Shown in pieces: positions 12,001 through 24,560 of a DNA stretch of 64,000 nucleotides. Position 1 is the first letter of the stretch. Each line of letters opens with the position of its first letter. Made by a program: the position numbers and the translations under genes. The stretch is from Octopus vulgaris (lineage: Eukaryota). A model generated the notes under the pieces. That model was not told where the DNA came from, searched no databases, and saw only the letters and a list, made by a program, of their open reading frames with translations. The stretch covers positions 54,188,001 through 54,252,000 of the forward strand of contig OX597824.1 in the NCBI GenBank assembly GCA_951406725.2, in the 5' to 3' direction.

Positions 12001-13300
12001 CGGCCCGATCGGTAGGTGACCAGGTGGCTTGTCGGTTTCCTGAAGTCAGTGTTGCAAACCATAAGACTATTCGCATCGCAGAACTCCAGCAGCCTGGTTC
12101 ACTCCTCATTGCGGGAACCATAACCGTAGCCTCCATGCACGCCATGGAAGCCCCCAGCACATCGTCCAACATGCCCATTGAAGTCACCAGCCACAAAGAG
12201 AAGGTCCCTGTCGTTTGTCAATGATGTGGTCTGCAGTAGGGTGTCATAGAAACAGTCTTTCTGTCTATCAGGTAGCCCTGGCTGAGGGGCATAGGCCGAT
12301 ATAATAGTTGCTAAACTATGATGGAGCACTAATCTAATCTTAATTATTCTGTCACATACTCTGACTACCTCGATTACCTTATCTACCCATTTTTCGGCGA
12401 TAAGCATGCCCACACCCCGACCCCGTCAGTATTCCCAGCCCAGAAAATCTTGTACCTCTGTCCTTTGCCTGTGAGGAACCTAGCAGAACCTCCTCTCCAC
12501 CTCACTTCTTGAATGCAGCATATATCAACACACCTCCGTTCAAGCAATTCAACGATCTCGCCAGATCTGCCTTTCAGTGTGCCAACGTTGAGGGTGCCAA
12601 CCCTGAGGGTGTGGGTGGGGGTGGTATTGGCCCTAGTAGAGTCATGGACCTGAAAAGAAAACTCGCGTTTGGCAGGATTCATAGACAAACAATAGAACTC
12701 AAGTTCAAACCGCGTACACAACACTAAACATATCTTACAATGAATGACCACTACCTTTTATGGAAGGAGGTGGGGGTGGCGTAAGACTTGAAGTGTATCT
12801 TGCAATGAATGACCACTACCTTTTATGGTAGGGGGTGAGGGTGGCGTAAGACTTTGAAGTGTACAAGGGAGACAAGGATGAGAAAATTTAGGACTTCCTG
12901 TACCGGTGGAGGGGTTGGGAGGGCGGGTGCACCATGAAAACCGGCAGCCATTCCTTTCTTAGGAGAGAAATAGTTATTAGTAGGTATAAATACCTAAATT
13001 TGAGAGAGAGGTATTTTGCCTAATCTATGGGAGAAGCGTGAGTGATAAAGAGCTATAAATTATAAATACATTTATTCTATATCTACGAGGCATGAGGCTG
13101 ATCGATAAAATTAGGGGCAAGCTATAAGATTAAATATATATTTAACACAAGACATGAGACAACGATATATAATTAAGATGAACTATAGAATTATATGTAT
13201 ATATAAAAACACGAGGCGTGAGGCTGAATTACACAAGTCATAACAATAATAATAGAGATAAAACAGGGCTAACTAAAAGATCAGATCAATTGCAGATAGA
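9031..13300 (-). mobile_element. Near full-length RTE-clade LINE (APE + RT), disrupted; 5' boundary approximate
   Basis: Collinear ORF pieces from the ATG at 12682 to the stop at 9575: APE motifs (TLNVGT, CIQEVRW, AGDFNGHVG, QIDYIL), RT motifs (YRGIKLL, AFVDMEKAFD, LSPLLF, YADD, FRYLG) and RTE C-terminus (RLRWYGHV...RPRKTW). 3' UTR ends in an (ATG)n tail at 9031-9057. Confidence 0.93.
9575..12682 (-). pseudogene. RTE ORF (endonuclease-reverse transcriptase) with 4 in-frame TGA stops and 2 frameshifts
   Basis: ORF track segments 12383-12751, 12099-12413, 11847-12062, 11232-11783, 10704-11195, 10101-10700 and 9575-10114 join into one protein of about 1030 aa. Confidence 0.9.
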
Positions 13301-13764
13301 TAGGTAGGTACGGGATGAAATTAAATTTAGATTGCTTAACTTGGATTCATTTTTTGTAGGAAGTCGGCAACAGTTTGAATTCAAGTAAATGTAAAAGTAG
13401 ATGTAAAATTTTTAAAATATTAAAAAAAATACATATACATTAATACATATTAATAGAGATCAATACAAATCTCTGTATATAAAAGCATAACATATAAATA
13501 TATAAATTAAAAGAACAAAAATTTGTGTGGTGTAAATATAGTGAGTGCAAATAAAAGAGAATACACTAACAGAAATAGAAATAGAAATTCAAAATAAAAT
13601 GGGATTGAAAATATTGACCTCAATGTTATTCGACCATGGTATCAACAGGCCATCAATCTCATACCACCATGTAAATGAATTGTGATTGGCACAATATTGT
13701 TTATAATTCAATAAGCAGCTTTCTATTTCTCACCTTTCCAAATCATTGGAAAGGTGAGATAGGC

Positions 13765-13805
13765 ATATTCTGATGAGCTGTAAGGGCAATGAAACTAGTC
13801 AATTC
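13765..13805 (+). ncRNA. Degenerate minimal hammerhead motif next to a 13-bp hairpin
   Basis: att-CTGATGAG...GAAAC-TA-GTC-aat with poor helix II; adjacent tctcacctttcca/tggaaaggtgaga hairpin at ~13728-13759. Confidence 0.4.
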
Positions 13806-14078
13806 AATTGGCATTTCAAGCTGTCAAACAATATCTTGTCTAGCTGTAGTAAGATTAAATACATACGGTTATGACTTTCTATACAATCCCTGCCACATTG
13901 GTTCACTTGTAGTCTAGTTTTCTGTTTTGCTCTAGTCAAAGATCAATTTGTCAATCTGTTCTTCAGAAGTGGAGTGTTTTTTTTTCTACATTCAGATACA
14001 CATCTAGTCACAGTAGCACATATTGATGCAGTTTTGTGTGTGTGTGAAATATATTAATATTCATATTCTATTTTTCAG

Positions 14079-14192
14079 AAAATAACTGAACCAAAAGATT
14101 GGTTCTATTGGCCACTTTATCGATTAGAGCAAAAATTAGCTGATGAAAGTGAAGATGAGGTTGAAGAGAAACCAATTTTAGACATTTATTCT
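14079..14192 (+). CDS. GPATCH11: GPATCH11-like internal coding exon (KITEPKDWFYWPLYRLEQKLADESEDEVEEKPILDIYS)
   Basis: tttttcag acceptor ends at 14078 and gtaagt donor starts at 14193; 114 nt, phase 0/0, no stops. The W-x-x-W-P motif plus acidic stretch precedes the C-terminal domain in GPATCH11/CCDC75. Confidence 0.8.
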
Positions 14193-14874
14193 GTAAGTTA
14201 TGTCTCAGTTATTGAGTTTTTGTGGTTTATTCAGCTTTGGTTAGGATTTGATTAAACCTTCATTTACCCCATCTTATAACAATTGAATGATATAGTCATA
14301 CTGACAATCACATTCAACATAGATTCCAACTTATAAATTGAAATTCATGAGAGTAGAATTCTATGTCTCTGAACTTAAAAAATATAAAATATATAATTGC
14401 CAAACATTTTGTCCACTCTCATTTGATTCTATAAAACATCCCTAGTGTGAATTTTTTGTTAATGTTTTGAGACAAAAAGAGATGCACACCTGCTAGTACA
14501 TTATAAAAGGTAACATGAGAAACTTCCAAGGAATAACAGTAAACTTAATTTCTCTTCAAGAATGTCTTTACTTATAACATCCTTCTTAAGTAAACCCAAT
14601 GTCTATTATGGTTGGGGTTATGGTAGTTACACCCAATCTGATAACCATTGTTCTTTGATCAATCACACTTTTATGTATACATTATTGTATTCTCTTAGTC
14701 TAGTTTATAAAATGAATTAATTTAGCAAAGAGGCTATCAAAGTGAAGTGCAAATATTGCACTTCAATTCTGCTTTGAGAAAAAGTTGGACATGCTAATGA
14801 GATTCCCCATTACATAAAAAAGTGTCAGAACAGCTGATTCTCCACATTTCTTCTTTTGTTGCATCAAGTCTACC

Positions 14875-15165
14875 CAGGGCTGGATTAAGACCCATAGAGG
14901 CCCTAAGCACTTATAAGATTTTGGTGCCCCCTTATTTATATATTTCAAAGTATAAACAATAACAAGCAATAAAATAAATTTCTATTTCTCAAAATGGAAC
15001 AAAACTAACAGTAAGATGGAAAGTAATGTTTCATTGTGTATACTTCCACTTTATACTTGAAAAGTTTTCTCTTACTTTTTCTAATTGCAGAGTCTTTGAT
15101 CAAATCCTTAAAATGAATCTTATATAACATGTCTGCTTTTATACTTAGTAGAGATAAAGGCATCC
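14875..15165 (-). mobile_element. hAT transposon 3' end fragment
   Basis: TIR-like cagggctggattaagacc and a minus-strand peptide LSLLSIKADMLYKIHFKDLIKDSAIRKSKRKLF resembling the end of an hATC dimerisation domain. Confidence 0.6.
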
Positions 15166-15749
15166 CAAATATTATTTTAGCAAGTTTAAAGTGACTTCTT
15201 TTATACCATAAACCATTTACCATTTCTGTGGTGCCCACTTCCCTTGATGCTCCAAGCACATGCTTATTTTGCTTAATGGCTAATCCAATGCTGAGCTTAC
15301 CCTTAAGTTCAATCACCCTCAGGAGCCTTTGAGTTGCTGTTGTTTAGAATTAGGATTAGAGCTAGAATAAACTTAGCATGGGACATGTTTATTTCTGAGA
15401 GGAAGATCAGTGTCCTCATCTTCCTTTTGTTGCCTGTCAAAAAATTTGGTTAAAAAAATAGAATAGAAGTGAAATTGATCTGAAAAACAGAATATTGTGT
15501 TTATGACGATATAAATATGTTTACTGAATGATGGATCACTTCACATAAACACTAGGCTAATCTTATGTGTAAATATACAAGCTATAAAGCAGCTTGCTGA
15601 AATAAATTGGTTCCACTTCTTAGGGTCTGGAAATTCTTTCCCTTGAGCAACATTTAAAATAGCTCCCACCGTTACTTAACATTTGGTTGAAAAATTGAAA
15701 TATATGAAAAACGATATTTTGTCAATAAAACAAGTTGCTTCAATATCAT

Positions 15750-16150
15750 AATTTAATGTCTGTTTTCCATGCTGGCATGGGTTGGACAGTTTAACCAGAG
15801 CTGGCAAGCCAGAGAGCTGCACCAGGCTCCAGTCTGGTTTGGCAGGTTTCTATGGCTGGATGCCCTTTTTAACATCAACCACTTTGCAGGGTGTGTTGGG
15901 TGGCACTCTCACACAGTACTGGCACAAATGCTATTTATGTAACACCAGCACAGGGCACTTGCTGGCCAATCCACCTCACCAGTGGGTGCAACACTTCTGC
16001 TGTGGAGTATGTGTCTTCTTGAGTACAGCAAGGTGCTAGGTATCTTGGTCCTTTGTCATCTCATCTGAACAGTTCAATGTCCTGAGGTTGTTTTTCAGTA
16101 CTTTCCTTCCATGTCTTTCTGGGTCTTCCTCTTTCATGTGGTCCATCTTT
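15750..16150 (-). mobile_element. Degenerate RTE 3' end
   Basis: Family 3' UTR motifs (ttccatgctggcatgggttggacag, ggctggatgccctt). Confidence 0.7.
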
Positions 16151-16841
16151 CCATGTAAATATGAAAACGTACAGAACTGAGTTATTTGTACTAGAGTGGA
16201 AAAAATCTCAATTGATCACATACTAATGAAATCAGAAATTTGATCCAGAATCAAAATAACGTTAGTATTACTTACAATAGTCTATAATATTTTATTGTTT
16301 AATTTCCAAATTATTTGTTTTTTGATATGTTTGTGCAGCAGAAGATAGATGTTATAGAATAATAGATTTTTATTCGCAATCAGAGGAATGTTATTTAGTT
16401 TCAGTTTTGTTTGGAATCATTTATTTCCTTAATGTCTCTAATTCCCCAGTGAAAAGGTATAGACACCTTTCTATAACCATACAGTTCATCTTAATATATT
16501 TGAAAACATGTGCTTTATATTAGAAACTATTATGGAAAATACTTTGAAATAGAAATGAACAATTATACTTTGATTTCCTGATGAAGCCTGAAGACAGACC
16601 CAACTATATGTTGTCAAGTGAAGTGGGTTACATGGAAGTGAGAAGGAGATGCAACAACTGACACTATAGCAATGGTTTATATTAAGATAGTGACAGGTTG
16701 ACAGTAGGCAGCAGTGTATACTGGGGGAATCAGTAGGAGATGGTGGCAATGACTTATAGCAATTAAATTTTGTTTAATTTATAATTAACAATATATTTTT
16801 GATTAATTCTTATTCTATATTTTTATTTTCTAAAATTTCAG

Positions 16842-16923
16842 CCTGAAGAAAAACTAGAAATGGTGATTGACTATCTAAGAAACACCTACTTTTATTGCTT
16901 ATGGTGTGGCGCAACTTTTGATA
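16842..16923 (+). CDS. GPATCH11: GPATCH11-like coding exon (PEEKLEMVIDYLRNTYFYCLWCGATFD)
   Basis: tttcag acceptor and gtaagt donor; 82 nt, phase 0/1. YLR-x3-YC-x-WCG is the DUF4187 signature of GPATCH11. Confidence 0.88.
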
Positions 16924-17225
16924 GTAAGTTAAATTCTACAGTTGCAGTTGAAGTAATTTCTTGACTTGTGACAGAAAGCTTCTTTTGTTCAAACAATTAT
17001 TACTGTAATGTCTTCCATTTCATCATCATTGACGAGATCATTGTTGTCATTCTTTTCCTCCTCTTCATCATCATCATCATCACCACCATTCCTCACTCAT
17101 TCAGTTAGTCCTTTTACTGATATCTATGTTTGGGAATTAAGCTAGCTAAACCATCATTGTCATTATTATCAATAGCACAATTAACACCACTACCATCATC
17201 ATATTATTATTATTATTTAACATTT

Positions 17226-17446
17226 AAGGTGGTGAGCTGAGAGAAATGTTAGCACGCTGGGTGAAATTCTTAGTGGTATTTCATGTCTTTACTTTCTGAG
17301 TTCAAATTTTGCCAAGGTTGACTTTGTCTTACATCCTTTCTGGGTTGATAAATTAAGTACCAGTTGCGTACTGGAGTCAATCTAATCAACTGGCCCCCTC
17401 CCCCAAAATTTCAGGCCTTGTGCCTAGAGTAGAAAAGATTATTATT
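17226..17446 (+). mobile_element. tRNA-derived SINE with Nin-like core
   Basis: aaggtggtgagctg head, gagttcaaat B box, catcctttctgggttgataaattaagtaccag core, (ATT)n tail; homologous copies at 58055 and 59875. Confidence 0.75.
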
Positions 17447-17943
17447 TAACATTCATTTTCCATGCTGTTGTGGGTTTGGAGGTCTGGCCAGAGCTGGCAA
17501 GCTGGAGAGCTGCACAAGATATCTTTAAAAGATGTCAGACCAACCCTATGTACCTCTCTGTTTCTCTCTGTTTGAATAAGCAGAAGTAATAAACTTTTCT
17601 ACTGAGCTAGCCATGACTGCAGCTGCTACCATCCAATATTTATCCATTGTTATGTGAAGCTTCAGTGAGATTTTTATGACTGAGATTACCAATTGCAGCA
17701 GATATCAGGTGTTCATGTTTCTAACAATGTTGTGGTTAGATCAAATTTTACATACTGTTGCTAATTTTCATCCTCATAGCTGAAGAAATACTTCCACCCT
17801 TACTTTACAAAGTAAAGCATGGAAACACAGCTTTTAAAATGCTGACAATGGCAGTATCAGAGCTGATATTGAAGGAGTTTTTTATTCTGATATCACTTTT
17901 GAAAGTAGTATTTTATGTTTATGACATTTTTGGGACTCCTAAG

Positions 17944-20620
17944 AAGCGGTTGTCAAAAATTAATTGCTCAAAAATTAATTGCAATAATTGCAATAAATTA
18001 ATTTACTGATAAGCTCTTTTCAATTGCAATAATTTATTGCGAAGCTATGATTATTGCAATAATTTATTGCGAAGATTGCAATTAATTGCAAGCGTGCGAG
18101 GACTGACCAATTCCCTACGTGCATACGCATTGCATGCGAGCACATATGCATGCATGCGTCCTCCAAGCCTTAAGTCTCAAGGTCACATGCACAAGGTCGC
18201 AAGGTCACATGCATGCGTATTGTGTGCAGATGTGATCATGTGGCAGCTTATTGATTAATAATGGTCAGGACATTGTGAGTTCACTGATTTGCTCAGGAGA
18301 CAATTGAGCCGTTCTTACACTCACTCAACGTATGTAGTGTGATGGAGGAAAAAGACAACAGAAAAAGAAACAAAAAGGAGAAAGAAATACAGAGACCTTA
18401 CCTGTTGACCTAGGTGGGATGTGCGATCACTGTCAAGAAAACAAAACGTCCTTGCACATTCCTGTCTCTCACCAAACTGCCCAACGTGCTTTTTGCCCAT
18501 GTATGCCCCCGTGACTCTCCCGCCGACCCCTGTAGTTTTCACTTCTGTTTACCTCATCTGCAATCCTCTCCACCAACACCACATAGCTCATCACAGCCCA
18601 TAACACCATAATGTATTTACTTGTGCTGATCACAACCGAGTCCATGGATTCTCAAAAGATTGTCAAGTTATTCTTCACTGAAGTCGACCCTTCCAACGGC
18701 AAATGGCGTTGCAAGTGTGGAAAAGAGCTAATCAGATGGAAAAACACTGGCTGGACAAATCCTTTCAGCCATATCAAGAGTCAACATCCAGACTATAAAA
18801 ATCTTTTCCAGCCACAGTCATCAATTGACCAGTTCATCACCTCGACATGGATCTCGAAAAAGGGATCTAATGTGTATGACTGGCTTTATTGGATATGTGT
18901 TTGCCTGCAGCCCTCCAGCTGTGTCACAGATGATGTTACCCGCTGTTTCTCATGCCTCCAACCCATTTATAAAAACACATTGAAGAAATATTTGGAGTTG
19001 GTGACAAAGGAAGTGGAGAAAAAGATTGCTAATATTCTACCTTCCCAATTCCCCCTTATTATTGACGGATGGTTGAGAACGTCAACTCATTTTCTTGTTG
19101 TCTTTGCATCCTTCTACTCATCGAATGTGAATGGATATGAAACTGTTCTATTGGCAATTTCTCCACTGCTAAAAGAAACTTCAGCAAGTGACCATTATGA
19201 TTTGCTGGAATATGTTTTAAGCATTTATAAGACATTTGCTAATGTTACCACAATATGCAGCGACAATGTTGAAGTGAATAAAGCCTTGGCGAGAATATGC
19301 AATCTACCATTAGTTGGATGCGCATTTCAATGCTTTAACCTCGCTTTCATGGATTTTCTTAAACCCCACAAGGAATTGTTGGAAAAACTCAACACTTTGA
19401 TGGCCAGACTAAAAACGGTAAAACTGGCTGGGCTCCTATTGACTTTCACAACTCTTCAACCTGTTACGAAGAATGACATGAGATGGTCCAGCACTGCCAA
19501 AATGGTTGACCGTTATGAACAGTTAAAATCCTTTCTTTTACAATCTAGCTAATGGACTTTATTCCAACCGCCAGAGAAAGTTCACAGCTATCTCAACTCC
19601 ACTTGTATCTAAAAAAGCTTAACTCAGTCACATCAGCTCTTCTGCAAAAAGATATCACCCTGGCTGACATCTGATGCCTCTTTGACAAAACGATCCAACT
19701 ATACTCCTCCATGCAGAAATATCTGTGCTGACGCAGAAATCGTCCAGTTCCCTTTGTTTGAGAAGTCTGTGGTAAAAATACAAAATCAAAAAGCCACTGA
19801 GCTGACTGCAGATGAAAAGGAATCTATTGTAACCTTAAAGCTGCCCAATACACCAGAACAAGAAACAGTTTTGGACGATGAATTGGACAACTTCATTTGC
19901 AATGTCCTCAAAAAGCATGAAAGCGAGATGGGTGCCAGCCAACCACGTTATATTAATACAGCATTCATTTTGCCAACGACTAACTTGGTTGAAAGGTTCT
20001 TCAGTGTAGCAGCGAATGCCTTCGATGATACAAGACATCAATTATCACTCATAAATCTGGAGATGCAACTGTTTTTAAGAGTAAATGACCATCTTTGGGA
20101 TAATGAACTTGTTTTGTGTATCGTTTCATCCAATCCCCTCATGTAAATTGTTAAATGCATACTCATTATAATTGCTAATAGTATGAAACCGTCCTTTTTC
20201 CATTCATATGTTTTTTTTGTCTTGATTGGGGTGGTATGGGCCCTAAGGGGAGTGTTGTAGGCATGTTTTTCCATCCTAGGTCATATCACATTGGTGGTCG
20301 ATTTTGTCATTCTGGCAGGTGGTGTAAGAATTTTTAGAAAATTGCAGGTGATCCAAACATCTTTCAGACAGCAAAGAAACAGATCAATCAAAATTGAGAA
20401 AGTAGAGCTTTCATTAGAAATGTAGTGTTATTTTTGCAAAAAATGAAACTTTTGAATGCGTAAAAATTTTACAAGGGGGTTTTCTGGAGAGCATTGCAAT
20501 TATTTATTGCGACGAAAGAAAAATGCAATTAATTTATTGCAAAAAAAATAAAATGCAATAAATTCATTGCAACGAAATAAATTTATTGCAAGCTCCGCAA
20601 TGCATTTTTGACAATTCCTG
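17944..20620 (+). mobile_element. Complete but inactivated hAT DNA transposon (2677 bp) in the last GPATCH11 intron
   Basis: 8-bp TSD ctcctaag (17936-17943) / ctcccaag (20621-20628); imperfect 17-bp TIRs aagcggttgtcaaaaat / atttttgacaattcctg; many subterminal ttgcaat/attgc motifs; transposase remnants inside. Confidence 0.9.
18611..20146 (+). pseudogene. hAT transposase (BED finger, DDE, hATC) with two frameshifts and one stop
   Basis: WRCKCG...SHIKSQH BED finger; IIDGW; CSDN; GCAFQ (CxxH degenerate); RWSST; PTTNLVERFFS. Frameshifts near 19550 and 19720; TGA at 19672. Confidence 0.88.
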
Positions 20621-21353
20621 CTCCCAAGAGTAGTATGGGAAAACAGAATTAAACATGATGCTTGGGTTGTCACTAACCTCTATTTTGAACAGTCTGTAAG
20701 GAAGTCAGTGGCTGCAGGTGTGCCTATCAGCAAATAGGGCAGCCTCCTGAAGTATTACTCATGGATGGAGATCTATTATACCTAGGAATGGGCCTTTGCT
20801 GAAGAATCACTTTCTGTATTCCTAACAAATATTAGCACTATGCCTGGAAAAGTGCAGTATGAAGCAGCACATTGGATTATCCTTGAACTGAAGAGTCAAT
20901 CTGAATGTTTGCAAATGAATGGGCTCTTTACAGGTACTAAAGAACCAGGTGATGGTATTAAATTTGTTGACATAAACAGCTACAGCCACCCAAACAATGT
21001 GGGTCACTGTGTTTTATCCTGCACCAGCACTTGACTGTTTGTGTTTCTAAACTTCAAGCCTCTTATTCTTTATATTGATTTGTTGAAATTTGCTGTGATT
21101 TTTTTAGGCATTCTATACAGGTTTTCTTCTTCATTGCTCATCCCTCTGGAGGTGATTGCCTGTTAATTAATTTGAAATTTACTAGACCACTAGAAAAGTA
21201 GATATTCAGAGATCAGAGAGGACATGATGAAAATAAAATAGATGTATGTAAGTGGAAGCAAAGTGAAGTGATATAAGAAAAGAAAATGATAAATATTAAG
21301 TCTCATATAAGATCTTTAAAGACTAACCATTTTTTATGTATATCTTATTATAG

Positions 21354-21415
21354 GTATAAAAGACATGGATGAAAATTGTCCTGGAAATTGCCGATCTGCT
21401 CATGAATCAATGTAA
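21354..21415 (+). CDS. GPATCH11: GPATCH11-like terminal coding exon ((S)IKDMDENCPGNCRSAHESM*)
   Basis: ctaac branch-like motif at ~21323 and tag acceptor; phase 1 joins the previous exon in frame (A+GT=Ser). NCPG-x5-H completes DUF4187; TAA stop at 21413-21415; AATAAA at 21489. Confidence 0.85.
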
Positions 21416-21488
21416 ACATACATTTCTGTCTCAATAATCTTCCTGTTTTTTTTTTTACAGAACATTTCATTGTTTAATTTAGTATCAG

Positions 21489-21494
21489 AATAAA
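21489..21494 (+). promoter_or_regulatory. Candidate polyadenylation signal of the GPATCH11-like gene
   Basis: First AATAAA about 75 nt after the stop codon; weak evidence in AT-rich DNA. Confidence 0.4.
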
Positions 21495-23699
21495 CAAAAT
21501 TTAAGACAAGTTGTTATTTTAAGACACATCTTGGTGGAGATAAACTGTTTATAACTTTTTGAAAATTATGATATAATGTCACTGTCTTAAAGCCACGAAT
21601 ATCACAGACTCATTTCCTTACTTTTTTACTGAACTTTAAGTAAGAAATCAATGAATACAATTGATTGATTTAGCTTCTAGAACTGATTTTCCTTTGAGAA
21701 TTTTACAACAAATCTTAATTTACATACAAACATCACTTTCACTCCAAAAGAACAAAAATACTTGCATTTTGGTATTAGAAATTTTATTTTGTTGTTTATG
21801 TTTAGGTGGAGTTTTAATGTGAACTAACTGTTTCATTGAAATTTATAACAATAATAATGTTGATGGATTTGGTTTGCCCCAGAGAAATAGGACTGTCTTT
21901 ATAGCTTTTATAGGCTGACTGAGAGTGAGGAGAATTTTGTGATTAAACATTTATATTTCTCTTAAACATTTTCAAGCTAATGTATTTAGAAAAGACATAT
22001 AGGGAGGGATTTCCAGAGGAAAGGTAAAGTTAGAGTGATGACAGATAAGTTGGGAGTGTCTCAATAGAGATGGAACAACATTAACCACTCCAGAAGTGTT
22101 GAAGCCACTATAACAGGAGTTGATGTAGTGAGTTGAGGATTGTGAAAGATTCAGTTTCTACACTAGTGACATTGGTGTGGGATGAGTATGAAGTCCAAGA
22201 AGAGTTGTGAGTGTTGAAGTCATTGAGAATGATGACTTCAAGGAGGAGTTACTTTAGATAAATGTCCTTGGTATGGTTAGTTGTTGGTGGTTGGAGGAGT
22301 TCAGAGAGCAGCAAATGAAACAGATGTATTTGGAGAAGTCGGAAAAGGGGACTTTCTGTCAGAGCAACTGGAATTCCTGTTGCTGATATATGCAGGGTAG
22401 AGAGAGCAGTGGAATCTACAAATGTTGAGATGCCACCTTTTAGAGTGAAGTTTCAATATAAAGTGTAACATGGACTGAGGTAATGATTGTAGAATTTGTG
22501 TCTTGGAGTGGAATTGGAATTGTGATTTTGAGTATTAGTTGGAAAGCAATGTACAGGGTTTGAACTGGATGAAATTCTATGGACATAGAAGGTGAATTGT
22601 CCAGTGGGTTTAGTTTTACTATTAAACATCTAGGGAAGTGTAGCAGGTGTTGGTGTGCTGTGAAGACATGATAACCCCTTGCCAGGAGCCTAGTTCAAAT
22701 GCTTACAACATAGTGAATGCCATGGAAGGCAACAGAGTAAACTCTATGAACATCTGAAAAATGTGGAATCACCATCTACACAACAGAACTACATAAAACA
22801 AAATGATAACTTCACTCACTCATTCAAACTTTTGTTATTTTATTGTTTTGTAGTGACAAAGATACATATATTTAAAATCACAACAATAAAAAGAATAAAG
22901 ACAATATTGCCTACTTCTAAAGATACAGGTTGTCTTTTGTGTTCTTCTAAAATAGATGCATTTCCCAGAGACTGAAGAAAAAAAAAATCATATACCATGT
23001 TTGAGCAACCATAGATAAAATGTAGAAAATGAATTAAAATAAAAGTGTCTTATTAAGCCTTTAGTTGCTCATTTGAATAAGTGACCATCTCACTAACTGA
23101 TCGTTATGTCTGATAGCTAATGAAACTAACAGCTGCCCACAAACTGACTTTTATCATTCAGGGATCAATAAAATAAGTATCAATTAACTAAGAAATCAAT
23201 AGTCTTTTATTTAATTAACCCTTTGAACGTAAAGATACAACCAAAATGTAAAATCACAAATCAATTACACAATAAGAGTAAAAAAAATCCAACAAGCAAA
23301 TATGCAAAAAGACAAAAGCAAACTTCAGCACATCTACTCTTGTAATTGCCTTAACAGTTGAAGGTCTAATCTCTTTCACTATTATCATGGCTACCAATAA
23401 CATCCCTTTCTTTTATTAGCAATTTATAATAAGAGATACAGATTTCAATTTCAATAATACCACACAGCTAATACTATTAAGATGGTTTTTCATGATTGTG
23501 TGCTCTTGTTATCATATATTTAGATTTCTTTCTCTAAGGACTAGATGTTTGCTTTTAAAGAGCTCATTGTATTACAATGCTCAAGTGCACTATGACTTGT
23601 TGGAAGCTTATATATTTGACTATTGGATTCTTTTACAATCATGAAGATATATTTGCACATGTCATTAACTTGTAACTTCACATTTTGATAGTATAAACA

Positions 23700-24560
23700 T
23701 CATCATTGTCATTGTTTAACACCCTCTTTCTATGTTGGCATGGGTCAGATAGTTTGACATGGAGTTGGCTAGCAGGGAACTGTCTAGATTCCGACTGTCT
23801 GTTGTGGCATGGTTTCTACTGCTGGATGCGCTTCCTAATACCAACCACTTAACAGAGAGTGATGTGTGCTTTCTACATGCCACTAGCATGGGTGCATTTA
23901 CATAGCTCTGGAAGAAGGTGCATTAATGCAGCACCAGCACGGATGCTTTTTAAGTGGCACCAGCACTTGAAGACAGTGATTTTACTTAGCTTGACACATA
24001 TTATCAAGTACAGCAAATCACATCTCCTGGTCCCTTGTCATTTCCTCAGTGAGGCTCAGTGTCTGAGGATCCTTTCTCACCACTTCATCCCACGTCTTCC
24101 TGGGTCTACCCCTTCCACAGGTACCCTCCACAATTTGAGATATGGAACTTCTTTATGCAGCTGTCCTCATCCATATGCATCACATGACTAAATCTTGCAC
24201 ACAACATCTGATGTCTCTTAAATCACTTACACTCTGTCGTGCATGCACACTGACATTACCTATCCAGTGGAGCATGCTAGCTTTATTTCTTTCAAGCCTT
24301 TGCAGGTCCTCTGTAGTCAAAGACCATGTTTCACTGCCATGTAACATAGCTGTATGTACACAAGCATCATACAATCTGCCTTTCACTCAGAGAGAGAGGC
24401 CCTTAGTTACCAACAAAGTTAGAAGCTCTCTGAACTTTTCCCAGCCTGTCCTTATCCTAGCAACTACACTTTCAGAAGTTCCTCCACCTCTGCTAACTAG
24501 GTCTCCAAGATAACAGAAGCTATCTACTACCTCTAATGACCCCAGTCCCCTGCACATTTG
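23700..24560 (-). mobile_element. 5'-truncated, diverged RTE LINE
   Basis: ORF 24180-24386 KGRLYDACVHTAMLHGSETW plus family 3' UTR. Confidence 0.85.

Noticed and set aside
22000-22720. Possible decayed CR1/Jockey endonuclease fragment (minus strand)
   Set aside because: Composition is suggestive but the motifs are too degraded to support a call.
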